Source of the DNA: the human T2T-CHM13v2.0 reference genome, Homo sapiens
Direction: 5' to 3' (one strand)
DNA: 64,000 nt
NCBI RefSeq assembly: GCF_009914755.1
Contig: NC_060928.1
Shown here piece after piece: positions 12,622-32,829 of the stretch. A program made the position numbers and the translations under genes. Positions within the stretch are counted from its first letter, which is position 1. Every line of letters starts with the position of its first letter. The notes beneath the pieces were generated by a model. It was not told the DNA's origin. It made no database searches and was given only the letters and a program-made list of their open reading frames with translations.

Positions 12622-12866
12622 TGAAGGTTCCTCACGATAACCCTTATTTGCAAGGAATCACTAGGCGGACTCATGGAACCTAGAAAAGCTATTATACTAA
12701 TGTTTACAGTTATTATGGCAAAATGAACAAAAAGAAGGGGCACACAGGGAAAATTCCAGGCAAATTCCAGGCATGAGCTTCCAGTTGTCTTCTCCCAGTG
12801 GAGTCATGGACAGTGCTTGCTTCTCCCAGCAATGGTGTATGACAATCATTAATGGGTATTGCCAAC
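12622..12866. mobile_element. MER21C-like LTR fragment, cut off by the adjacent L1
   Basis: tcactaggcggactcatggaacctagaaaagctattatact...gagcttccagttgtcttctcccagtggagtcatggacagtgc...tattgccaac. Confidence 0.75.
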
Positions 12867-12869
12867 GAG

Positions 12870-17180
<4,311 letters not shown>

Positions 17181-17202
17181 TATTTTTTTTTAAAAGAGGG
17201 CA

Positions 17203-17500
17203 CCAGGTGTGGTGGCTCAAGCCTGTAATCCCAGCACTTGGGAGGCTGAGGTGAGAGGATTGCTGGAGCCCAGGAGTTTGGAACCAGCCTGGGAGACAAA
17301 GCAAGACCTTGCCTCTACAAAAAATAGAAATAATTATCTGGGCATGGTGGCACACACCTGTAGTTTCAGCTCCTCAGGAGACTGATGTGGGAGACTTGAG
17401 CCCAGGAGGATCAGGCTGCAGTGAGCTGTGAGCATGCCACAGCACTTCAGCGTGGGTATCAGACCAAAACCCTGTCCTTAAAAAAAAAAAGCACAAAAAA
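17203..17500 (+). mobile_element. AluJ-like
   Basis: ccaggtgtggtggctcaagcctgtaatcccagcac...gaggattgctggagcccaggag...ggctgcagtgagctgtg. Confidence 0.93.
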
Positions 17501-17539
17501 GAAAGAAGCCAGTGGCATTCCACAACCCAGCATAAACAA

Positions 17540-18155
17540 CAAAGGTACCTTGTCATATTCTTTCTTACTTGTGTCACTTCCCTGTTATTAAGTCAATGAC
17601 TTATACTCAAAGCGATGACATAGAAAGAAAAAGATAGGGCAATTTGTACTTCCTTTTCTTTTCAGTTCTTTCTTACTCATCAATAAGTTGAAAGCAAAGA
17701 ATTGGTAGAATGTGTGTGTATCACAAAATGAAATCAAACCTGGTGAATCAGTTTCATTCAATGTTTCCATTACTAAGAACAAAATTCCACTATTCTGTTG
17801 AGAAAAAAAATATAGTCACAAAAGAATCCCACCATTCTGTTGAAAACAAAATATACATGCAAGTATGAACTATGAAATATGAATTCTATGCTTTTGTTAA
17901 TTTTGCCTACAAGTTAAATGTTCCTATTTAAAATACCATTGTACAATACAAAGATGATAATTATTTTAAATTTAAATTTTTCTTTACTTAAAAAGTCATT
18001 AAATAGCAACAAAAACACTATAAGAAGTCAAAAGTGAGACCTCAGATGAAAAAAACTCTGTTAATACCCATAATGGCACTTTATTTTTGCTTTTTGTCAA
18101 GCAGTCCTGCATTTTCATTTTACACTGGATCTTGCAAATTATGTAGCCAGTCCTG
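17540..18155 (+). mobile_element. MER45R/C-like hAT-Tip100 element, right part only
   Basis: Terminus cctgcattttcattttacactggatcttgcaaattatgtagccagtcctg matches the MER45 end. Confidence 0.75.
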
Positions 18156-18389
18156 CAATAAAATTTCACTCGAGTATTAAAAGAATATGACTGGACCAAC
18201 TAATATAAGGTTTAATTAGCTGACAGAGTTCTTTCAGAAGTGCAGGGAAGCAGAAGCAATATTATAAAGATATAACGTGGTTAGACTTGCCAGGATCTTT
18301 AACCTGAATAAGACAAGTGTGGTGGGTCCTGGACAGTTTTTCTAGCCAAAAACGTATATTTAAAAAAGTTTAAAAACCATTTTTTGCTT

Positions 18390-18620
18390 TTTATCAAATT
18401 TATTGTTAAATTAACAGAAAAAATAACATGTATTTATTATGTATATCATAATTTGAAGTATGAATACATTGTGATAGGTTAGATTTAGCTAATTATATAT
18501 GCATTTTATGAGGATTTACCATTTTTGGGGGTGAGAACACAACATCTGCTCTTAACATTTTTTCAATAATAAAATAGATTTTTAGTAACTATTGTCACCA
18601 TGCTGTATGGTGGATCTCAA
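18390..18620 (-). mobile_element. L1MA 3'-end fragment
   Basis: tttttgggggtgagaacac...gtaactattgtcaccatgctgtatggtggatctc. Confidence 0.75.
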
Positions 18621-21047
18621 TAACATATTTTAAACACTAGTCATTATACCAATACAAAACTATGAGGTTAATTTCTAACATATATTTTAGGATAATTTAA
18701 GTAAAATCCTCTGGTATAGATTTTGAAAACAATATTTTGGAAGTATCAACATCTGAAGTATGGATTTTTGATTAGGACAATTTGAAAGCTAACCAACCCA
18801 TCCCTCGAGTATAGATTAAAATTCCCTTGTACACACATACATTCTACCATTTAAACTGAAGGATTACTCTGTACAAACAGTGTAACACCCAGGCCAATTT
18901 CTCTAGTGAGCTCTACAATTCTTATCTCTCTGTCAAACAGGGCCTCATTTCCTCGCATTAGCTTAAAGATATATTCAAATCTATTCCATCTTTAAAAGCA
19001 AAACCGATTCCCCATCCCCATGTTCATACCCTCTACCCTCTACAAAAAGCTGCCTTGACTCCAAGATATACTCTTATCATACACCAAACAATTTAACCTC
19101 TTGGTGCCTTATTTTCTTTTCCTATAAAATGGTCATAATAATATAAAACTCTCAAGATAATTTATATTCATGTTCCCTTTTTCATTTTAAATGTCACTTC
19201 CCCTGGGAAGCCCTCCTGACTTACATCCCTACCAAAACTGAATCATAAAGAGATAATAAGTCTAAACAGACCTATAAGTAGTAAGAACACTGAGTCAGTA
19301 ATCAAAATTCTCCCAACAAATAAAAGCCAAGCACCAGGTAACTTCATTAGTGAATTCTACCTGTTTAAAAAAGAATTAATGCCAATCCTTCTCAAACTCC
19401 TCCAAAAAATTTAAGAGAAGTGAACATTTCCAAATTCATTTTATGAGGCCAGAGTTATCCTTATACCAAACCCAGACCAGAACTCTATAAGGAAGGAAAA
19501 CTGCAGGCCAGTATCCCTGATGACTATAGATACAAAAATTATCAATAAAATACTAGCAAACTGAATCCAATGGCTCATTAAAAGACTCATATAGCATGAC
19601 TAAATAAAATTTATCCCTAAAATGCAAGTATGATTAAACATACCAAAATCAATTAATGTGAAACAACACATTAATAAAATAAAGAATAAAAATCATTTAA
19701 TCGTCTCCATAGATGCAAAGTATTTGGCAAAAGTCAGCCCTCTTTCATGATAAAAACTCTCAACGAACTAGGAATAGAAAGTCACTCAACATAATAAAGA
19801 CCATATATGAGAAGCCCATAGCTAGCATCATATTCAATAGTGAAAAACTAAAAACTGTTCTTCTAAGATCAAGAACAAGGCAAGGATTCTTGCTTCTTCT
19901 AGTCAATATAGTTCTGGAAGTCTAAGCCAGAGCAATTAGGCAAGAAAAAGAAATAAAAGGCATCCAAATTGAAAAGAAAGAAGTTAAATTGCCCCTGTTT
20001 GTAGACAACATGATCTTATATATAGAAAATCCTAAAAACTCCATAAAAATCTGTTAGCACTAATAAATGCAGTAAAGCTGCATGATAAAAATTAACATAC
20101 AAATAAAAAACATTTCTACACACTAAAAAAGAATACCTGAAAAGATAGTTAGGAAAACAATCCCATTTACAATAGCACCAAGATGAATAAAATATTTAAG
20201 TAAGGATGTAAAAGACTTATGTAAATGTGTGCCTAAGAGATATTATGGGTACAGTTCTAGAACACTGAAATAAAGCAAATTTTTCAATAAAATGGGTAAC
20301 GCAAATTCTTTGGTTTCCCAGTGCATATATAAAAGTTGTTTACATTATCCTATAGTTTATTAAGTGTGTGATCACATTGTCTTTAAAAAGTATACGTCTT
20401 AACTAAAAAATACTTTATTGCTAAAAAAATGCTAACAATCATCTGAACCTTCAGTGAGTCATAATGTTTTTGCTTGTGGAGGGCCCTGACTCAATGTTGA
20501 TGGCTGTCTACTGATCAAAGTAGTAATTGTTAATGGTTGGGGTGGCTGTGACAATTTCTTTAAACAAGACAACAGTGAAATTTGCTGCATTGATTGACTC
20601 TTCGTTTCATGAAAGGTTTCTCTGTGGCATGTAATGCTGCAGATGGCATTTTATGCATGGTAGAACTTCTTTAAAAACTGGAGTCAGTCTGCTCAAACTC
20701 TGCCACTGCTTTATCAACTAAGTTTATATAATATTCTAAATCCTTAGTTGTCATTTCAATGTTCATAGAATCTTCACCAGCAGTAGATTTCATCTAAAAA
20801 AAAAAAAAAACCACTTTCTTTGATCATCCATAAGAAGCAACTCTTTATCTGTCCAAGTTTTATCGTGAGATTGCAGCAATTCAGGCACATCTTTGGGCTG
20901 CACTTCTAATTCTAGTTCTCTTGCCATTTCCATGACATCTGCAGTTACTTTCCCCACTCAAGTCTTGAGTCTCTCGAAGTCGTCCATTAGGGTTGTAATC
21001 AATTTCTTTCAAATTCTGTTAATGCTGATATTTTGACCTCCTGGAAG

Positions 21048-21399
<352 letters not shown>

Positions 21400-22106
21400 T
21401 GAATCTTTTCCAGAAGGTTTTCAATTTACGTTGCCAGATCCATCAGAAGAATCACTATGTATGGCAGCTATAACCTTACAAAATATATTTCTTAAATAAT
21501 AAGACCTGAAAGTCAAAATTATGCCTGGATTCCTAGGCTGCAGAATGGGTATTGTGTTACAAGGCATGAAAACAATATGAATCACTTTGTTTATTTTCAT
21601 CAGAGCTCTTGAGTGACCAGGTGCATTGTCAATGAGCAGCAATATTTTGAAAGGAATATTTTTCTTTTCTGAGCAGTAGGTCTCAACAGTGAGCAAAACG
21701 GTCAGCAAACCATGCTGTAAACAGATACGTGCTGTCATCAGTGCTTTGTTGTTCCATCTATAGAACACAGGCAGAAAATATTTAGCATAATTCTAAAGGG
21801 CCCTCATATTTTCAGAATGTTAAATTAGCTTCAGCTTCAACTGAAAATCACCAACTACATTAAGCCCCCAACAAGAAATTCAGCCTATCCTTTGAAGCTT
21901 TGAAGACCTGCATTGACTTCTCTCTAGTTATGAAAGTCCCAGAGAGCATCGTCTTCCAACAAAAAGCTGTTTCATCTACATTGAAAGTCTGTTGGTTAGT
22001 GTAGCCAGTTTTATCAATTACGCTAGCTAGATCTTTTGGATAACTTACTGCAGCTTTTTCATCAGCATTTGCTGTTTCAACTTGCATTTTTATGTTGTAC
22101 AGACAG

Positions 22107-22391
22107 TTTTTTTCCTATTTTTATTTTTTAGACCGAGTCTCACCCTGTCACCTAGGCTGGAGTGCAGTGGTGCGATCTCGGCTCACTACAATCTCCACCT
22201 CCTGGGCTCAACTGATTCAAGCGATTCTCTTGCCTCAGCCCCCTGAGTAGCTGGCTAATTTTCGTATTTTTAGTAGAGATGGAATTTCACCACATAGGCC
22301 AGGCTGGTCTGGAAGTCCTGGCCTCAAGTGACCCACCCGCCTTGGCCTCCCAAAGTTCTGGGATTACGAGCATGAGGCACCATGCCCAGCT
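22107..22391 (-). mobile_element. Alu (S/J) with internal deletion, within Tigger1
   Basis: ggctggagtgcagtggtgcgatctcggctcac...gggattacgagcatgaggcaccatgcccagc. Confidence 0.92.
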
Positions 22392-24899
22392 GACAGCTTC
22401 TTTTCTTAAACCTCATGAACCAGCCTCTGCTAGCTTTAAACTTTTCTTCTGCAGCTTCCTCACCTCTCCCAACCTTCATAGACTTGAAAAGAGCTAGGAC
22501 TTTGCTCTGGATTAGGCTTTGGCTGGTTTGATCTATCCAGACTACTCAAATTTTCTCCCTATCAGCAATAAGGCTATTTTGATTTCCTATCATTCGTGTG
22601 TTCACTGGAGTAGTACTTTTAATTCCTTCTAGAACATTTTCTTTGCATTCACAACTTGGCTAACTGTTTGGTGTGAAAGGCCTAGCTTTCAGTCTATCTT
22701 AGGATTTCTACCTGCCTTCTTCACTAAACATAATCATTTCTAGCTTTTGATTTAAAGTAAGAGACATGTGACTCTTCCTTTTACTTGAACACTTAGAAGC
22801 CATTGTGTGGTTGTTAATTGGCCTAATTTCAATATTGTTATGTCTCAGGGATAGTAAGACCTGAATTGAGGCAGAGAGATATGGGAATTGCCTGTGGATA
22901 GAGCAATCAGAATACATGCATTTATCAATTAAGTTTGCTATCTTATATGGGTGTAACTTGTTGTGCCCCTAACAATCACAATAGTAACATCAAAGGTCAT
23001 TCATCACAGAACCCTGTAACAGATATAATAATTTAAAAAATTAAAATATTGTGAAAATTACCAAAATATAATTCAGAGACATGAAGTGAGCACATGCTAT
23101 TGGAAAAATTATGCTGAATAAACTTAGTCAGTGCAGGATTGTCACAAACCTTCAATTCATAAAAAAAAAACAAAAAAGTAACAACTGAAGCAATATTAAA
23201 GAAAAATCCCGATAAAATGAGGTATGTCTATATTGAAAACTATAAAATATTGAGAAAAACTATAGGAGACACAAACTAAGAGAAAGGTATCCTGTGTTTG
23301 TGGACTGAAAGACCTCATATTGTTAAAATGTCCATATGACCTGAAGTGATCTACAGAGTTAATGAACTTTCTATAAAAATTCTAATGACTTTTTTAATAT
23401 AAATAGATAAACAGTCCTAAATTTATGTGGAACTACAAATGACCATGAATACTCAAATCATTCTTGAGAAATAAGAACAAAATAAGATGCATCAGAGTTC
23501 TTGATTTCAAACTATATTACAAAGCTACAATAATCAAAACAATATGGCATGGCCATAAAGACAGATATATAGATCAATGGAACAGAATAGGAATCCCAGA
23601 GATAAATCTATGTATACATGATCAACTGCATTTCAAAAAGGATGCCAAAAATACACAATGGGGAAAGAATTGTCTCTTTAATAAGCGGTGTTGGGAAAAC
23701 TGAATATCCATATGCCAAGAATGAAATTGGAATCTTACTTTACACCATCCACAAAAATCAACTCAAAACTGATTACAGATTTAAACGTAAGACCTGACGC
23801 TATAAGACATCTAGAAGAAACACAAGGGAAAAGCCTCACGACTTGGTCTTGGCAATGATTTTCATAGATAAAACACCAAAAGCACAGGCAATAAAAGCAA
23901 AAAATAGACAGATGGAATTATGTCAAATGAAGAAGCTTCTGCACAGCTAAGGAAACAACAGAGTAAAGTGTCAACCCGTGGAATGAGAGAAAATGTTTGC
24001 TAATCATATATTTGATAATGGGTTAATCTCCGAGATATATAAGGAACTCCTACAACTCAATAGCAAAACAAATGTAATAACCCAATTAAAAAATGGGATA
24101 AGGACCTAACTGATATTTCTCCAAATAAGACATATAAATGGCCAACAGGTATATTAAAAATCTTCAATGTCACTAATATTCAGAGAAATGCAAATCAAAA
24201 CCACAATGATGTATCACCTCATACCTGTCAGGATGGCTGTTATCAAAAAAACAAAGGACAACAAGTGTTGGGGAAAACGTGGAGAAATTGGAATCTGGGT
24301 GCATTATTGCTGGGGATGTAAAATGTTACAACCACTATGAAAAATAATACAGTTTCATTAAAAAATTGAAAAAGAACTACCATATAATCTAGCAATCCCA
24401 CTTCTAGTATTTATCCAAAAGAATTAAAATCAGGACCTAGAAGAGATATTAACACTCTCATGTTCATTATAGCACTATTCACAATAGCCAAGATGTGAAA
24501 ACAATCTAAATGTTCATCAGTAGATGAATGGATGAAGAAAACAGGGTATATACATAGGAGGGCATATTATTCAGCCTAAAAAAGAATGATATTTGGCAAT
24601 ATGGAACAGCATGAATGAATATGGAGACTATTATGCTAACTGAAATAAGCCAATCACAAAAAGGCAAATACTTCATAATTCACTTACATGATGTAACTGT
24701 AATATTAAAAGTCATAGAATTGAAGAGTGGAATGATGATTAGCAGAGGCTGAAGGAGGGGTAAATGAGGAGTTACCAATCAACTTGCGTAAATTTTCACT
24801 TAAGCAAGATAAATAAGTTGATTATTGATTAGCTGAGAGCTACATAATGTTGTACCTATCGTCATCAATAGTGTATCAATAATGTATTGTACACTTAAA

Positions 24900-25137
<238 letters not shown>

Positions 25138-25146
25138 GTACACTTA

Positions 25147-26400
<1,254 letters not shown>

Positions 26401-27049
26401 AGGAGAACACATTCCAGAAAAGTATGGGTGCCAAGGTGATTCAAGAATGTAGCTCTGAGATCTTTCAGTTCAGAAAAAGGTATTCCAGTCAGAAGACTAA
26501 AGCCAGAATACTCAAGGGGAAATAGTGGACTAAAGGTACTAGGGTAAGGATTTTATAGCATGAGGAAGAGAATGCTTTGTTATGAGTAGATATTCCAAGT
26601 TCTCAGGAAAGGAGAGGATTGATAGTATAAAAAGAGCTATTATGGCTATATTATTTTTAGAGCTGCCTGTTATTCATTTTTTTTAAGGTACAGAACTTTC
26701 TCGTAGCAATGAACCTCTCAGGGGTAGGTGCTTATAAGATGCCTTCTGGTTAACTTTGAAAAACATATGGTAATATCATATCTAGATATCTTCTTTCCAC
26801 CCCTATTTCTCCCACCAAGACAACCCCTTTCCCCCAAAATATGGTAGTATGTTTTCTCTGAATATTTTTGATTGACAGCTACAGCAAGCGACTCTCTGAA
26901 GGCTTGGTCAGAGCAGCTGTAATGTCATTCAACCAGGACTGATGAAAGAAAGCCCACATGTCACTGTTTATTGAGTATTGAGTTTAATTGTCCCTGTAAA
27001 GACTTCAAATCTTCCCTCTGTAAACATACAGTTACAGGATTTTGAAGTT

Positions 27050-27052
<3 letters not shown>

Positions 27053-27094
<42 letters not shown>
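27053..27094. repeat. (AC)n microsatellite, about 21 units
   Basis: Uninterrupted AC run. Confidence 0.98.
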
Positions 27095-27095
<1 letters not shown>

Positions 27096-27704
27096 ACTTA
27101 GTAATACAGTGTTTTAAGACATTTTTTGCCCCTATGCCCTCATTTTACAAATCTGAAAACAGACTTAGTGAGAAGAATTAGCCTAGAAGTTAGTGAGGAG
27201 AAGAACCAGCTTTTGGTTATTAAGCCCTGGGTCCTTTCACCTCCACAAAGATGCTTCACAGAGGTGTAAAGTGTCTTAGTCTCAATGGTCTTATACGGCG
27301 TTCAATCACATGAGACTCAAGAGGAGCAGTCACCTCAGTAATCTTAATTTTCTCTGTGCTTTCCTTCTGCTAGAAATCTTGGCCCTCCATCATAGAATTA
27401 TCTGGAAAAGCCCAGGGGAGTTGAAATACTGACTCAGTGCAATTCTATTTTTAGACACAGACTTAATGGTTGACTCCCATTGAAATAACTGAAATACAGA
27501 ATTGAAGCTTACTGCTTCAGAGTACTAAAAAAACTTTGTGTTTTGGGGGTTAGTTAAGAGTATTGAATATTCTCTGTGGTCAAGGGGCAGGGTTGCTTTT
27601 TGTGTGTGTCTTCTGTGCCTAAAATGGTATTTGGCATTTAGTAGAAGTTCAGTTCACATTAGCTGATGGAGAAAGGCCCACTAGTCTATTCTTATCCTTT
27701 AGTA

Positions 27705-28029
27705 CAGCGGTCCTCAACCTTTTTGGCACCAGGGATGAGTTTCATGGAAGACCATTTTTAGATGAATGGGGGGGGGGTGGCTTCGGGATGAAACTGTTCC
27801 ACCCCAGATCATCAAGCATTAGATTCTTATAAGGAGTGCACAACCTAGATCACTCACGTGTGCAGTTCACAGTAGGATTCTCACTCCTGTAAGAAATCTA
27901 ATGCCTCCACTGATCTGAGAGGAGGCGGCAGAGCTCAGGTGGCAATGCTCACTCACCTGCTGCTCACCTCCTGCTGTGGGCCCAGTCCCTAATGATACCG
28001 GTCTGTGGCCCAGGGGCTGGGAACCCCTG
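27705..28029 (+). mobile_element. MER1B (hAT-Charlie MITE), complete, perfect 8-bp TSD ctttagta
   Basis: TIRs cagcggtcctcaacc / ggctgggaacccctg; TSD at 27697-27704 and 28030-28037. Confidence 0.95.
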
Positions 28030-28067
28030 CTTTAGTAAGCTCACTCTGACAAGCCGTGTCTTAATGA

Positions 28068-28290
28068 AAGGCAGTGTGGATAGCTGTTGAGGATGTGGAT
28101 TTTGCCCAGTTTTAAAGCCCAGGCCTGACACTTCTTATCTTAGTTATTTATTCATCTGCATGTCTGTAAAATCATTATAATAACAATACCTGCATATAGG
28201 GTTACATGACTATGAGGATTAGATGATTTTATCTAATTAAAATAGTGTCTGGCACTTAATAAGCACTGTGTGTCTGCAGTTATTATTATA
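28068..28290 (+). mobile_element. MIR
   Basis: ggcagtgtggatagctgttgaggatgtggatttt...tctgtaaaat...atagtgtctggcacttaataagcact. Confidence 0.75.
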
Positions 28291-29472
28291 AATATGAGTC
28301 CTAGGGTCATACTACAGAAGTTAGTCATGGTTTAACAGATACTACACGTAAAGGATTATGTGAGTTCATAAGAGACAATGTGCACATTTATACAAGTATA
28401 TAAAGTTGGGGTTTATCACCATAAAGATGTTTTATGAAATTATTTTGCAGTTATCTGTCCTTTTAAAAATTGCTTCCCTCTTATCTCTACCAAAGAAAAC
28501 TGTTCAGTAAAAGTTTATGATTAGGTTCTCATAATCTATCGTAATATTCAGTTGATTAAGACAAGATAAGTCTCAGTAAGGCAATATTCTGTAAGGGAGA
28601 TGGCTTTCCTGATTTTTGTAGGCTGTGCAGATACAATATATAATGACTGCAAAAGTTTGCTAGAGCCTGCCAAACACAGGTGCTTCTCTAAACAATACTA
28701 GGAGAAGATATTTACTCAAACAAAAAAGGCTTTAAGACTGACTCATGGAGTATACTACCCATTATGAAATATATAGTAGCTTACTCATAAATTATAAGTC
28801 TCTATTATGTACTCAATATATATGTCCTTATTAAATGAATAGCATGGTATAGAAAAAGCTGGTGAAAATCTTTACCCTACAGTATGGATTTTTCTTGTTT
28901 AAGTTTTTCTATTTATGTATTAGTTTATTCTGAGATGCTACTTCCTAATATCAGAGTTCTTATTTCCTTCCATTTAAAGAAAATTCTTAGTTCATAGATC
29001 TGTAATTGCTCAAAATGTTATGTGTGGAGTTTTTACTAAGTTTGCTCATGTAGTTTGTGCGATAAGCTGGGTTCCCATTCCTGCTTCAAGCTACTTCCCT
29101 TCCACCTACCCGGGTTCCATGGGTTTGCTACAACTTCCTAGTCCTTTGTTAAAAGGAATGGCTAATTGGGACAAACTGAAAATGAACTGCCAGCTCCATT
29201 TAGAAAGGACCATGGTGCCAGGATGAACTTTATGTGACTATCATACATGCTCCAGATTGCAGCAATTTGAGGATCTTAAGCATTTCACCATTTTATGATC
29301 AATATCAATGTGGTGCTCTAGAGTCAACTTGCCATTTGAAAGAGGAACATGAGCTTCCTGAAAAAGAAATGTCAATGGCTAAACTTGTTTCTTTGTGTTT
29401 GAGCTCTTTTTTCTTTGGAAAATGAAATACATGTTATGACTCGCAAAAATATAACAATTCAGAATTCAATAA

Positions 29473-29803
<331 letters not shown>

Positions 29804-29992
29804 GAGATTATCATTATTTCTATTAACAAGCATGTAAAACAGATAAGATGAAAATTAAGAAAAAGTAAAATTATTCCCATGGACAAAAATTAAGTCATTG
29901 AAGTCATATAGAAGAATAGTAAACACATAAAATCACACACACAAAAATCCATTAAATCAGTGCATTTTTTCACAATGAAAATAAAATATTTA

Positions 29993-30098
29993 GATGAAAT
30001 AATGTAACCTTTGATATTGATATTAATATTGATGAAATAATGTAACCTTTTGATATTGATATTAATATTGATGAAATAATGTAACCTTTTGATATTGA
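29993..30098. repeat. Minisatellite, 38-39-bp unit, about 2.7 copies
   Basis: gatgaaataatgtaacctt(t)tgatattgatattaatatt starting at 29993, 30031 and 30070. Confidence 0.96.
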
Positions 30099-30599
30099 GT
30101 TAAACTGAATTGGAAACACTCTTACAGGGTTAATAACAATTTCTTCATTAGAAGGATTTTTTCCTTACATTTTGTTCTTTATGTAAAAGACATATTCTTT
30201 CAAATCTTTAATAAAGCACTATAATTCATTTTACCAACATACTGTAACATATGCCATAAAAATATAATGTGCCATAGATCATTCTACAGACTTCCGTAAA
30301 CCAAGGAATTGGTGAAAATAAATCACATTGTCTTCTATTTTGCCTTGAAAGTAAACATCAATACTCAGGGAAAAGAAAAACAAAACCACAATTTCTGGAT
30401 AAAATGTAAAATGTCACTAAAGACTTTAATTAACAGGAAACCCTTCATGTGAAAATAGGGTGCTTCAAACTTATTTTTATTACCCATTAAGGGTTTATAG
30501 GATTAATTTGCAATTATTACATATTCGTGCTTCGCGACAATATTCTTAACTATCTTGAGTCTACAATGAGAATAACATAGTATAGCTACACTCCAGCAA

Positions 30600-31465
30600 C
30601 CCTACCCACTGCCACAAAATTAGTCTTATCCTTCCAAAGGCCAGCTCTGATCACACCATAACCTTATTTAAAAATTGTAATGATTTTCTATTTACCTAAA
30701 AAAAAAAAAGTGTCACTGTGTAGTTCAGTACTCAACATCCTCCAGACCCTCACTCACCCCCTGCCTCCCAATGTCGTATCTCATCTAATGTCCAGCCAAA
30801 CTTCATTATTCCCTAAAATTCCTGTCTGTGCTTTTGCTCAGACTGCTCCTTCTGCTAACAGTTTTTCCCTGTGGTGGCATGTTCAAATGCTAGATAACTT
30901 TTTTCCATCCAATCTTTGCCTGTTGAAACCTAAATAATATCTAAAGCTCAATCAAATTTCAACTTCTTTATGAATGCTTCTTTCCATACAAAACTCTTCT
31001 TCTTGGCCCTATACTGGTGTTCATCCCTGTAATCCCAGCACTTTGGAAGGCCCAGGCAGGTGGATCACCTGAGGTCAGGAGTTCGTGACCAGCCTGGCCA
31101 ACATGATGAAACACCATCTCTACTAAAAACACAAAAATTAGCCAGAACTGTTGGTGGGCACCTGTAATCCCAGCTGTTTGGGAAGCTGAGGCAAGAGAAT
31201 TGCTTGAACCCTGGAGGCAGAGATTTCAGTGAGCCAAGATCATGCCACTGCATTCCAGCTGGGCAACAAGAGTGAAACTCCATCTTAAAAAAAAAAAAAA
31301 AATCTTCTTCTAAACCCCTGTATATAGTGAGTACTTTGTACCCCAAATTGTCATTATTTTCATATCTTTCTTAACTCCCTTACAAAACCATAGCTCTTTG
31401 AAAGCAGGATGCATAAGAGATTAATTTTAGAACCCAGAGTGAAGAGTGCAAAGTGAATCATCTGG
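30600..31465 (+). mobile_element. L2 3' region interrupted by an Alu
   Basis: cagctctgatcacaccat; tgtgcttttgctcagactgctccttctgct; agctctttgaaagcagga. Confidence 0.65.
31005..31302 (+). mobile_element. AluSq/Sp-like with TSD aaa(c)tcttcttct
   Basis: ggatcacctgaggtcaggagttcg; gggcaacaagagtgaaactcc diagnostic. Confidence 0.93.
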
Positions 31466-32829
31466 AATATGTGCTGAGTGAAATTATATTCTGTATCTTT
31501 GAATTCATTGTTGATTCTAATTTGAATGATTCTCTCCTTTTATGCTTACTTGGATCTGGTTTTCTTGAGAGACAAGGGGAGGGACAAAGAAGAAAATGGG
31601 GAGTGAGTTCCCATTGGTTCCTTTTTAGAAAAATTGCCCCAGCTTTCTTCCTTTGCCCTAACAATTACTTGACTGCTTGACTACTTACCCATGTTCCAAA
31701 TGTTGAATTGGTCATTCAGACCTCAGAAGTAAGTGGGCTTAAGCAAAGCAAATGTCAAATAATTGTCAGTTAAAAAATAAGAAAGTACTCCTTTAAATGG
31801 AAGGGAACTATAAAATGGAAATGGAGCATATCATTTTATATCCTGAATATGTAAACATACTGTTTAGAACATAAGGCTTTTAGAATTTAACAACTTGTCA
31901 CAAGTCCCAAAAGCCCTGTCATCCTCCATGCTGAAAAAAAGATAGACACATTTTAAAATATTGCAAATATATGAAACTAAAGAGGATCTGATATTTGACT
32001 CAGACAGTTAAATTTATACCAAAATAAAACTGGAATCCCTAGTTATATAGCTCCACATTTTGGAGGCAGGTTACATTTTGGAGTTCAGAATGAAAGTAAA
32101 TCCAAGGCTCCCAAAGCAGACACAATTTTAAAAAATTTCCGAAACCATTTGTCAACCTGTTTCATATATCAGCTACAATGAATTACAGTTTAGAGAAATC
32201 GTACTTAGAATGGAGGCAAAGTGAGATTAACCCACTAGGCCATATCTTGTTTTCAAGTACACACCTCTAGCATCAGTTAAAAAAGAAATACTTTTTATTA
32301 CATTGACATTGATAAAAACAGAATTTTGTCCTGTTGAATTTTCCTTCCATTTCAATCTTTTGGGAGAAATTCTTAAATTATTTTAAGCCAGCAGAATAAC
32401 GTAATCTCCAAAGTTTTACTATCAACTCTTCCCAGAGCACTGTTAATATGCAGAAGCCTAGAAAATTTAAGGGATCTGTCTTAGATGTAAGTGGTTATGA
32501 AAATAAAATCCTCTATGGCATGTTAAATGCCCAAAAAGACCTATCTGCTTCTCATTTTAATAGTAACTCTCGTTTTACCTAAACTCCTAAGTTCATGCTT
32601 TATGCTATGCAACATCTTGGGAAAGACTTTTAGTAAATTTCACTTATAGGGTAGTAGTATGTTCTAAATTTTCAAAGCTTGGGGATTCAGATTTTTTGTC
32701 TCTCTCTCTCTCTCTCTCTTTGTAGTTGAGCCTATGTGACATCATTATTATCAATCCAACCAAATTTTGCTTTTGAGTCTGGCCATTATATTACACATTG
32801 CTTAAGTTCTTCTGTTAATAGTATTTTCA

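Noticed and set aside
21421-22917. Domesticated TIGD-like transposase gene
   Set aside because: Broken into several frames and interrupted by an Alu; an ordinary Tigger1 fossil
28600-28690. Possible small exon (tttttgtag|gctgtg...cacag|gtgctt)
   Set aside because: Weak donor, unrecognisable peptide, no supporting neighbouring exons
29993-30098. CRISPR-like array
   Set aside because: Head-to-tail repeats with no unique spacers, no cas genes, and a primate context
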